Assembly: GCA_918285425.1 (NCBI GenBank) | Contig: CAKJZE010000022.1 | Coordinates: forward strand, 1-36,195 | Length of the DNA stretch: 36,195 bases | DNA from: Clostridiales bacterium | Lineage (GTDB): Bacteria > Bacillota > Clostridia > Christensenellales > UBA1242 | Direction of reading: 5' to 3' | The notes under the pieces: model-generated | The model's database searches: none | What the model was told of the DNA's origin: nothing | The model's input: only the letters and a program-made list of their open reading frames with translations | Shown here: positions 17,998 through 25,555 of the stretch, one piece after another | How positions within the stretch are numbered: the first letter of the stretch is position 1 | Layout of the letters: each line of letters begins with the position of its first letter | Translations under genes and position numbers: made by a program

Positions 17998-19446
17998 ATG
18001 TCACTTTGCAGTTTCTCAAGCCACTTGGCAATGCAATCTTCCACAGCTGTGGATAACGCTTTTATTAACGAGTTCCTACCTTCTGCACCAGAAAATGCAG
18101 TCAAGGTATATCTTTATGGTCTTTTTATGTGCACAGCTCCTCATGCAGATGACAATTCCCTTGAGGGCATGAGCGCCGTATTGTCACTCCCTGAAGATGA
18201 GATTTTAAATGCATACAGCTATTGGCAAGAAGTTGGGCTTGTGCAGATTGTCAACAGCACTCCTTTTGAAGTAAAATATTTAAGCCCTAAAGAAAACTAT
18301 GGCAGAAGCAAACTCCGTGAAAAGAGTAAATATCAAGATTTCAACAATCAAATTCAAACAATACTCTCTGGAAGAATGATAAAGCCAATTGAGTTTAATG
18401 AATACTATAATCTTATTGAAAACCACCACTTCGAGCCAGAGGCTCTTGTGATGATCATTAAGTATTGCACAACACTAAAAAGCCCTGCAATCAACTATCC
18501 ATACATTTTGGCAGTTGCGAAAAGCTTTGAGCAAGAGGGCATTAAAAGTGGCGCCGCTGTTGAAGAAAAACTTTTGGAACAGGAACAGTCAGGTGCTCAA
18601 GTCAAAGATATATTAAAAGCTCTTGGTCTTTCGCGTGAAGGCGACCTTGAAGAAAGAAATATGTATCTTAAGTGGACGAATACATTTGGATTTACACACA
18701 ATGTAATTTTGCAAATTGCAAAATCTCTTAACAAAAAGGGCGGCTTTGCCAGACTTAATGATATTTTAACCAAATATTATGAACAAAAACTGTTCACAAT
18801 TCAAGAAATAGAATCCTACAGCAAAGAACGCGAATTGATGTTTGCAGTTGCCAAAAAAGTGACATCAACTCTTGGACTTTACTATCAAAATCTTGACAGC
18901 ACTGTAGACGTTTATATAAGCGAGTGGATGAACAAAGGCTATGACGAACAGGCCATCACACTTCTTGCCTTTTATTGCTATAAACAAGATGTGCGCAGTC
19001 TGTCGCTTATGGACGAGATTGTCAACAAATTCTTCAAACTTGGGCTTGTCAGCGTTGATGCGATAAACCGCTATACTGAAGGTGTTGTTGAAAACGACAA
19101 TAACATAAAGAAAATTCTTGATAAACTTGACCTTGTGCGAAGGGTAAACACTTCTGATCGTGAGTTCTTTAAAACATGGACGGAAATTTGGAATATGCCA
19201 GAAGATGTCATTATGCTTGTCTGTGAAAAATCAAAATCTGCAACAGCTCCACTTCGCTTCATGAACAAAATTCTTTCTGACCTTAACCAAAAGAATATAA
19301 AGACTCTTCAAGAAGCTGAAAAAGAACTGGCAAATCTTAAAATAGATTCAAGCAAAAGCGTACCAAATTCTAACTTTACCCAAAGGGAGTACACAAAAGA
19401 CCAACTTAATGCCCTGTTTGACTCTCTTGATGATATAGAGGTGTAA
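17998..19446 (+). CDS. DnaD/DnaB-domain replication initiation protein
   Basis: N-terminal VDNAFINEFLPSAPENAVKVYLYG...YW...GL winged helix, then repeated DnaD-like modules (NYPYILAVAKSF, LRFMNKILSD). Confidence 0.82.
   Translation: MSLCSFSSHLAMQSSTAVDNAFINEFLPSAPENAVKVYLYGLFMCTAPHADDNSLEGMSAVLSLPEDEILNAYSYWQEVGLVQIVNSTPFEVKYLSPKENYGRSKLREKSKYQDFNNQIQTILSGRMIKPIEFNEYYNLIENHHFEPEALVMIIKYCTTLKSPAINYPYILAVAKSFEQEGIKSGAAVEEKLLEQEQSGAQVKDILKALGLSREGDLEERNMYLKWTNTFGFTHNVILQIAKSLNKKGGFARLNDILTKYYEQKLFTIQEIESYSKERELMFAVAKKVTSTLGLYYQNLDSTVDVYISEWMNKGYDEQAITLLAFYCYKQDVRSLSLMDEIVNKFFKLGLVSVDAINRYTEGVVENDNNIKKILDKLDLVRRVNTSDREFFKTWTEIWNMPEDVIMLVCEKSKSATAPLRFMNKILSDLNQKNIKTLQEAEKELANLKIDSSKSVPNSNFTQREYTKDQLNALFDSLDDIEV
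18037..18056. promoter_or_regulatory. Back-to-back DnaA-box pair
   Basis: TCTTCCACA-GC-TGTGGATAA; the second box is a perfect reverse complement of TTATCCACA. Confidence 0.55.
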
Positions 19447-19447
19447 T

Positions 19448-20392
19448 ATGGACAGAAATCAACTTTTACTTAAATGTCAGCAAGAAATTGCTACTTCACG
19501 CATAAACGCACAAAATAAAGCTATTAAAAATTTGATGACAGCAAGAAAAAACTTAAAATTTTCTGAACTTGAACTTAAAGAGCATGAGCTTTCATTTGAA
19601 ATAGGTAAAGCACGTGCATTTGGTGAAAATATTAAAGAGAAACAAGAAGAACTGCAAAAAGTAAAGCAAGCCAAAAATGCTTTGCTTTTAAGCCTTGGAT
19701 TTTCAAGCACTGATCTCACACCTTCTTACTCTTGCACAAAATGTAATGACACCGGATATGTTGATGGCACTATGTGTAAATGCTTAAAAGAAAAATTGAG
19801 CAGAGAAATCTTAAACGAGAGCGGTATGGCACAGCTTGAACTTCAGCCTTTTGCTTCTTTTTCAACTGAAATTGCAAAAGACGAAAATCATAAGTCTCAA
19901 CTTTCCAAAATTAAAAACATTTTTGAGGAGATTGCAAACAAATTCCCAGATACCAAATATAAAAATGTTTTACTTTCTGGAAAAACTGGTGTTGGTAAAA
20001 CCTTCCTTGCAAGCTGCCTTGCAAAAGAGATGCTTGACAAAGGGCATCTTGTTTCATTTATCAGTGCATTTGCTATGAATAATCTGTTTCTGTCCTATCA
20101 CACAAGTTTCGGTGCAGAAAAATCAAGCTATCTTGACACCGTGCTTGACCCTGACGTACTTGTCATTGACGACCTTGGAACTGAACCAATACTCAAAAAT
20201 GTAACGCTTGAATATCTTTACCTTATCCTTTCTGAAAGATCAAGACTTGGCAAACTTACAGTTATCACAACAAATCTTTCATTTGACGGCATAATTGACC
20301 GCTACCACGAAAGAATATTCAGTAGGTTGGTAAATAAACGCGAAAGCCTTTTAATGCATATTGAAGGACAAGATTTAAGACTGAATAAGTAA
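19448..20392 (+). CDS. DnaC/DnaI-like helicase loader AAA+ ATPase
   Basis: Zn-binding CTKCNDTGY...CKC, Walker A GKTGVGKT, Walker B IDDLGTE, ITTNL and RIFSRL. Confidence 0.9.
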   Translation: MDRNQLLLKCQQEIATSRINAQNKAIKNLMTARKNLKFSELELKEHELSFEIGKARAFGENIKEKQEELQKVKQAKNALLLSLGFSSTDLTPSYSCTKCNDTGYVDGTMCKCLKEKLSREILNESGMAQLELQPFASFSTEIAKDENHKSQLSKIKNIFEEIANKFPDTKYKNVLLSGKTGVGKTFLASCLAKEMLDKGHLVSFISAFAMNNLFLSYHTSFGAEKSSYLDTVLDPDVLVIDDLGTEPILKNVTLEYLYLILSERSRLGKLTVITTNLSFDGIIDRYHERIFSRLVNKRESLLMHIEGQDLRLNK

Positions 20393-20429
20393 TTAATAAA
20401 AATTATATTATAAATTTGATAACTTTTAC

Positions 20430-20458
20430 TTGACACAACAATAATCTGCTTATATACT
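20430..20458 (+). promoter_or_regulatory. Sigma-A promoter
   Basis: TTGACA-17 bp-TATACT. Confidence 0.75.
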
Positions 20459-20490
20459 GAAATTAATATAAAATACAAAGGAGAAATAAT

Positions 20491-21114
20491 ATGGTTTATA
20501 ACAAAACAAAAAGAGGCCTTGAAAAAGCTGCCGGCATTGTTGGCGTTGTACTTTCATCAATAGTCCTAATTGTTCTTTTAGTTTATACTGGAATACTTAT
20601 AAATGCAATAAGGTTGATTTCTGCATATGAGTATTACGAATATGACTATTTGATCGGATACACAAAAGGACAGTTAATAAGTTATCTTTTCATTTACATA
20701 GCATTTATGATAATTTATATTTCAAACATAATTCTTTGTGCCAATGTTATTAAGTCACCAGTTCAAAGTGACGGAACAATAAGACCAACAAAAGACTTAA
20801 GAATTTGTACTTTGGTATTCTGCATCATTTCCGGATTATGGGTACCTGCAGGTATTATGATAGCAGTGCTTTGCCTCAAAGATGTACAAGAAGTATCACA
20901 AATAATACCTCAAATTCAACCTACTGTACAAATTGATCCTGCAAAGCAAATGCAAACTGTTCAAGTGGCTCCAGCACAGCAATTACCAACACAAACTAAT
21001 GAACCATCAATCGAAAGTAAGATTGCTGAACTGAAACATCTTAAAGATCTTGGAGTTATTGATGAAGATGTTTATAAGAAAGCTATTGAAAAAATGATTA
21101 ATGATCTTGTATAA
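20491..21114 (+). CDS. Membrane protein with Q/P-rich linker and C-terminal SHOCT-like domain
   Basis: Three hydrophobic segments, QPTVQ/QTVQ linker, and IAELKHLKDLGVIDEDVYKK (SHOCT-like). AAGGAG SD. Confidence 0.7.
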   Translation: MVYNKTKRGLEKAAGIVGVVLSSIVLIVLLVYTGILINAIRLISAYEYYEYDYLIGYTKGQLISYLFIYIAFMIIYISNIILCANVIKSPVQSDGTIRPTKDLRICTLVFCIISGLWVPAGIMIAVLCLKDVQEVSQIIPQIQPTVQIDPAKQMQTVQVAPAQQLPTQTNEPSIESKIAELKHLKDLGVIDEDVYKKAIEKMINDLV

Positions 21115-21122
21115 AAATTAAC

Positions 21123-21166
21123 AACAAAATAAAAGGTGGCCAATCAAGGTCGCCTTTTATTTTGTT
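21123..21166. terminator. Bidirectional terminator
   Basis: AACAAAATAAAAGGTGGCC-loop-GGTCGCCTTTTATTTTGTT. Confidence 0.8.
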
Positions 21167-21197
21167 AATTTTTATTTTTTAAAATTTTCAATTATTT

Positions 21198-22805
21198 CTA
21201 TATCCTTGCAAAAAGAGGCATAACTTTTTCAAGATTTACACTGCCCGGCACAATTTGCTTCCAAGTTGGGTTGTTGTCAAGGTGTAAGAACTCTCTTATA
21301 GACTTGCAAGACGCAGGCATGATTGGCTCTAAAATATTTGAAAGATTTGCAATCACATATGCACAAGTATAGATTGTGTTGTTAAAACCATTTATATCCT
21401 CTTTTGCTTGAACCCAAGGCTTTTGCTCGTCATAGTATCTGTTGGCTTCGCTTATAAGGTTCATTGCGCACTCTGTTGCTTTTTTGAACTCTGTTTTTTC
21501 AATATTTTCAGCAACTTCGCCATAGGTTTTTATAACAAGGTCGCGAATATTTTTGTCAATTTCGCCAACTGGCAAAACTTCAAGCCCCTTGAATTTAAGT
21601 GTTCTGTTTATAAGGTTTCCAAACTTGTTTACAACTTCAGTGTTATGTGTTGTTTGAAAAATTTCCAAATCAAAATCTATATCCTTCTTTTCTGGGCCCT
21701 TTGCCGCAAAGAAATATCTTAAGCTGTCGGTATTATACTTGTCAGACCAGCTTTTTGCATCAAAGCTTAAATCTGATGGAGTATTGCTTTTACTGATTTT
21801 CTGTCCCTTATAGTTAAGATACTCACTCGACACCATTCTGATGTCTGTTATAAAGTTCTCTTTAGTTGCCTCAAGTTCTGCAGGAAGAAGCATACTGTGA
21901 AACATGATATTATCTTTCGCATGCACTGCATAGATAATCTTTTCAGTGTCAGTTGCATGATCTTTCTTCCAAAAGTCTTGCCAGTCAAAGCCCTTCTCCT
22001 CGCCAAGCTGCATAGTATCTGTCAAATAGCCAAGCAGCGCTTCCCACCAGCACCAAACAACTTTATCTTCATAACCTTTAATTGGAATATGCACACCCCA
22101 CTGCAAATCGCGTGAGAAGTCACGGTCAACAAGATCTTTAAGATACTTTTTTGTTTCGTTTATGCTGTTTGCACGCCAAGTGCTTTCACCATTTTTAAGT
22201 GTTTGCTCAATGACATCTTTAAAGTCTGTAAGTTTGAAAACCAAAACTTTATGTTCTTTTTGCTCGGTCTTGCCGCCACAAATCAAGCACTTGCCACCCT
22301 CAAAATCTTTCTCAACAGGCACATAGCCGCACTCACAGTTGTCACCCTTTGTCTGTTTGCCGCAAACTGGACAAGTGATTTCCACTTCGGTGTCTGCCAC
22401 AAACTTGTTGCAAGATGGACAAAATGGACGAAATACACTTTTCTCATAAAGATATCCATTGTCATAGATTTTTTTAAAAATCTCTTGGCAGTGAGATTTA
22501 TGAAAATCGCTGTAAGTTATTGAATATTTATCGAACGAGAAGTTATAAGCATCAAGGGTTTCTTTAAAGTGCGCATGGTATCTGTCCACAATCTCTTTTG
22601 GAGTGCACCCCTCTTGTTTTGCCTTAACCTCAAACTTTGTTCCGTGGCTGTCAGTTCCGCTGACCATAAGGACACGGTCGCCAATCATTCTGTGGTATCT
22701 TGCAAGGATATCGCCAGGAAGCGAGCTTGCAACATAGCCTATATGTAAGTTGTTGTTTGCGTATGGCCACGACACGCAAATCACAATGTTTCTTTGTTTA
22801 CTCAT
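21198..22805 (-). CDS. metG: Methionine--tRNA ligase, short MetRS2-like form lacking the C-terminal tRNA-binding domain
   Basis: WPYAN, HIGY (HIGH variant), SGTDSHG, four Cys pairs (zinc knuckles), SRDLQWG, KDNIMFH, KISKS and GNLINR. Confidence 0.9.
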   Translation of the reverse strand: MSKQRNIVICVSWPYANNNLHIGYVASSLPGDILARYHRMIGDRVLMVSGTDSHGTKFEVKAKQEGCTPKEIVDRYHAHFKETLDAYNFSFDKYSITYSDFHKSHCQEIFKKIYDNGYLYEKSVFRPFCPSCNKFVADTEVEITCPVCGKQTKGDNCECGYVPVEKDFEGGKCLICGGKTEQKEHKVLVFKLTDFKDVIEQTLKNGESTWRANSINETKKYLKDLVDRDFSRDLQWGVHIPIKGYEDKVVWCWWEALLGYLTDTMQLGEEKGFDWQDFWKKDHATDTEKIIYAVHAKDNIMFHSMLLPAELEATKENFITDIRMVSSEYLNYKGQKISKSNTPSDLSFDAKSWSDKYNTDSLRYFFAAKGPEKKDIDFDLEIFQTTHNTEVVNKFGNLINRTLKFKGLEVLPVGEIDKNIRDLVIKTYGEVAENIEKTEFKKATECAMNLISEANRYYDEQKPWVQAKEDINGFNNTIYTCAYVIANLSNILEPIMPASCKSIREFLHLDNNPTWKQIVPGSVNLEKVMPLFARI

Positions 22806-22824
22806 AATTTTTCACCCTTTTATA

Positions 22825-23628
22825 TTATTTAATGTTTCTTTTATCTTGAGATTTTTTCCACATTCGGCCGGTGGTCTTTGCCAAAGATTTTTCACTTGGA
22901 AATTTGCTTATAAATTTCACAAATCTGTTTACGGCTTTTGGCACAACAATTATTTTGTGTTTTTTACTTGCCTTAAGTGCAAACTCTGCAACTTCTTCAG
23001 GAGTATTTGCAGTAATTCTGCCGTTAAAACCCTGCGCCTTGATTGCTTCCTTCATTGCGTCAGAAGTATAAATGCCTGAAGGGCAAACCGTTGTTATAAA
23101 CACATTTTTATCCTTCATTTCAAGGGCAAGTGCCACCATAAAACTCTTCAGCATAGCCTTGGTTGCCGCATACATCGCCATGTGAGGCATTGGATAGTAT
23201 CCCGCCAAACTTGCGACAGTGATGATATGCAGTGGCATTCGCTCATCACGCGCTTTTATAACCTTTTGTGTAAAGTCCACCGTGCCTTCACAGTTAACTT
23301 TTATAACCTTAAGGGCATCCTCATCAGACATATTGATAAAATCACCCTCCACAATAAGTCCCGCATTGTTTATAAGAAAGTTTACATTTATTTTTTGGCT
23401 TTTTATAAATTCAAAGAAATTTACTCTGTCTTGGTCAGAAGAAAGATCGCAAGCTTTTGCCACAATCTTGATGTCAGGATATTTGGAGTTTATTTCTTTC
23501 TTCAGTGCATCAAGTCTTTCCTGCTTTGTGCCAGAGATCACAAGGTTATCCCCGCGTTTTGCGCAAGCGAAAGCAAAGGCTTTTCCAAGCCCCCCAGTTG
23601 CACCAGTGATAAGAGTAAAATTTTCCAT
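22825..23628 (-). CDS. Short-chain dehydrogenase/reductase (SDR)
   Basis: TGATGGLG, INNAG, ASLAG and YAATK (YxxxK) motifs; AAGGAG SD before ATG 23628. Confidence 0.92.
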   Translation of the reverse strand: MENFTLITGATGGLGKAFAFACAKRGDNLVISGTKQERLDALKKEINSKYPDIKIVAKACDLSSDQDRVNFFEFIKSQKINVNFLINNAGLIVEGDFINMSDEDALKVIKVNCEGTVDFTQKVIKARDERMPLHIITVASLAGYYPMPHMAMYAATKAMLKSFMVALALEMKDKNVFITTVCPSGIYTSDAMKEAIKAQGFNGRITANTPEEVAEFALKASKKHKIIVVPKAVNRFVKFISKFPSEKSLAKTTGRMWKKSQDKRNIK

Positions 23629-23649
23629 AGCCACTCCTTATACCCTATA

Positions 23650-23679
23650 AGTTTACAACTTATCCCCTTCAAAAGTCAA
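23650..23679 (-). promoter_or_regulatory. Putative sigma-A promoter of SDR-metG
   Basis: TTGACT-18 bp-TAAACT. Confidence 0.55.
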
Positions 23680-23825
23680 GACAAATTACAACAGAAATAA
23701 AAAAGGGCAAACTTCCGTTAGCCATTGTAATTGTATTTAGTGTTTGTTTTTAAAAATAAATGCTGCAAAGTCAGATTTTCCATTTCCGGTTTAAACCGCA
23801 AAATTTGACAATTAGGCAAGGCAAA

Positions 23826-23849
23826 AAAAATCCACAAATGTGGATTTTT
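23826..23849 (-). terminator. Intrinsic terminator after the DUF1858 gene
   Basis: AAAAATCCACA-AA-TGTGGATTTTT, with a U tract on the minus strand. Confidence 0.7.
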
Positions 23850-23863
23850 ATTTTGCTTATCAA

Positions 23864-24076
23864 TTACTTTTTATTAATCTCTTCGTTAAGTTTTTCAACC
23901 ATCATATCAACATCAACACCATGCACCATGGCAGCCTCTTCCAAGGTTTCCCCTTGGCTCATTGGGCAGCCAAAACAGTGAAGCCCAAATCCCATAAGCA
24001 CAGGTATAAGGTTTTCATCAATTTCAAGCACCTTGCCAATTGTCATTGTCTTTTTAATTTTCACTTTCTTTTTCAT
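23864..24076 (-). CDS. DUF1858 (hybrid-cluster-associated redox disulfide) domain protein
   Basis: MTIGKVL...GLHCFGCP...ETLEEAAMVHG. Confidence 0.88.
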   Translation of the reverse strand: MKKKVKIKKTMTIGKVLEIDENLIPVLMGFGLHCFGCPMSQGETLEEAAMVHGVDVDMMVEKLNEEINKK

Positions 24077-24077
24077 A

Positions 24078-25460
24078 CTATTTTCCTTCTTTGTATTTAT
24101 TCATGGCATCAATAAGCTCTTTGATTTGTTTTTCAATACGCTTTGTTTGACTTGCAGAAAGCGGTTGCTCATTTTTACGCATAAGTTTTTCTGCACGCAC
24201 AAGTGCTTCTTCAAACTGTTTGTCGTCTTTTATGATATATTCGCCTTCATTATTGTTTTCCTTCTTTGGACGGCCTCTGCCACGCTTTGGCTCTTCCGGC
24301 TGCAAAAGAGTATTAAAATCAGGCTTAAAATTATCTTGCATCACTTCAGCTTGTTTTATTTCTTCTTTCTTTGCAGAAACATTTTTCTTTTCAGACTGAA
24401 ACTCGCTTATCTCATTTTCTTCCGCTTCTATCTTGCCATCATCTTCAGCTGAAGTTTTTTCATCTTCATTTGATTCTTCTGCTGTTTCAACATTTGCAAC
24501 TTGAGGCACAGTTAAAGCCATTGTTTTTAATTCTGCCATTTCTTCAGAAAGTGCATCTAATTTTTCATTAATTTGCTCAACATACTCTTGCAGTGAAGAC
24601 CTTTGTTGCTCATTTATTTCAGCAAACTTGGCACTAAATTTTTCTTCAAGAGCATTAATTTGCTCTGCACTGGCACTATCTTGCTGTGCATTTTGATTGG
24701 CTGCACCTACCGACTCTGCCAAAGCTGTTTGCAATTGTGTCTGCATTTCTGCAAATCTTTGATCCATATTTTCCAAAAGTTTTGCAGTTTCTTTTTCTTG
24801 TCTTTCTTGCTTATCTCCGTCTGGATTATATCCAAAAACATCCATTGCTGTTTTATCGAAGTTGTTAATCATCTCATTAAACTCGTCAATTGCGTATCTG
24901 TATTGATTCTGACGAATTGCTGCATAGACATAAAACAGCACCTTTGCAAGCAACAAGAAACAGAAAGGAACAATCAAAGCCTCTGCAATGGCATAGCCGG
25001 ATATTGCAACTTCTGTGCTTCCATCAGCAACAATGGCAAGACTGAATATTGCCAAAATTACAAATACTGCATTCATATAGGTTTTTAAAATTGATTTGTT
25101 TTGATTAAAAATACCACCATGCAGTTCAAGGTCAAGTGAAGTCTCCCTTTTGATATAGTCAGATGGCAAACTGTGAGGGTTTCTTTCAAAAGCCTTATAG
25201 CCCCTTACAAACTCTGGAGGCATCTTTGAAACAAGTGCCTTAAGCCCACTTTGAGCCTCTCCGGTTATACCGTTTCTGCTTATATACTCATTTATTGTCT
25301 TTACCCCCCTTGCAAAGCGAATTTGGAAAGAGAAGATTAAGGCAAAAATCTCCCAAATAAGCATTATACCAACGGCAATAAGAGCAATAAAAATTAATCT
25401 TTCTGAATTTATTACCCCAACAAGTACTTTAAATGCTGCAACAATATATTCACTCAACAT
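24078..25460 (-). CDS. Hypothetical 3-TM protein with coiled coil, acidic linker and AT-hook motif
   Basis: 460-aa ORF with AAGGAG SD and extended -10 (TGTTATAAT); N-terminal TM helices, heptad-rich middle, and PKRGRGRPKK near the C-terminus. Confidence 0.75.
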   Translation of the reverse strand: MLSEYIVAAFKVLVGVINSERLIFIALIAVGIMLIWEIFALIFSFQIRFARGVKTINEYISRNGITGEAQSGLKALVSKMPPEFVRGYKAFERNPHSLPSDYIKRETSLDLELHGGIFNQNKSILKTYMNAVFVILAIFSLAIVADGSTEVAISGYAIAEALIVPFCFLLLAKVLFYVYAAIRQNQYRYAIDEFNEMINNFDKTAMDVFGYNPDGDKQERQEKETAKLLENMDQRFAEMQTQLQTALAESVGAANQNAQQDSASAEQINALEEKFSAKFAEINEQQRSSLQEYVEQINEKLDALSEEMAELKTMALTVPQVANVETAEESNEDEKTSAEDDGKIEAEENEISEFQSEKKNVSAKKEEIKQAEVMQDNFKPDFNTLLQPEEPKRGRGRPKKENNNEGEYIIKDDKQFEEALVRAEKLMRKNEQPLSASQTKRIEKQIKELIDAMNKYKEGK

Positions 25461-25555
25461 AATAATTCTCCTTTAAATATCATTATTATAACACTTATTT
25501 AAAAAATTACTAACGATTTTTTGCAATTTTTTACAATTTAAGTATTTTTTTTGAA

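Noticed and set aside
19448-20392. IS21 IstB or prophage replication module
   Set aside because: There is no IstA, terminal repeat or phage gene; the Zn-finger and DnaD pairing fit the chromosomal clostridial loader.
23700-23820. c-di-GMP-I riboswitch (GGCAAAC...GCAAAG)
   Set aside because: The GNRA/receptor and P2 consensus are missing, and there is no downstream gene in that orientation.
23827-23848. AAATCCACA-AA-TGTGGATTT as a second DnaA-box pair
   Set aside because: Each half has two mismatches, and the position and U tract fit a terminator.
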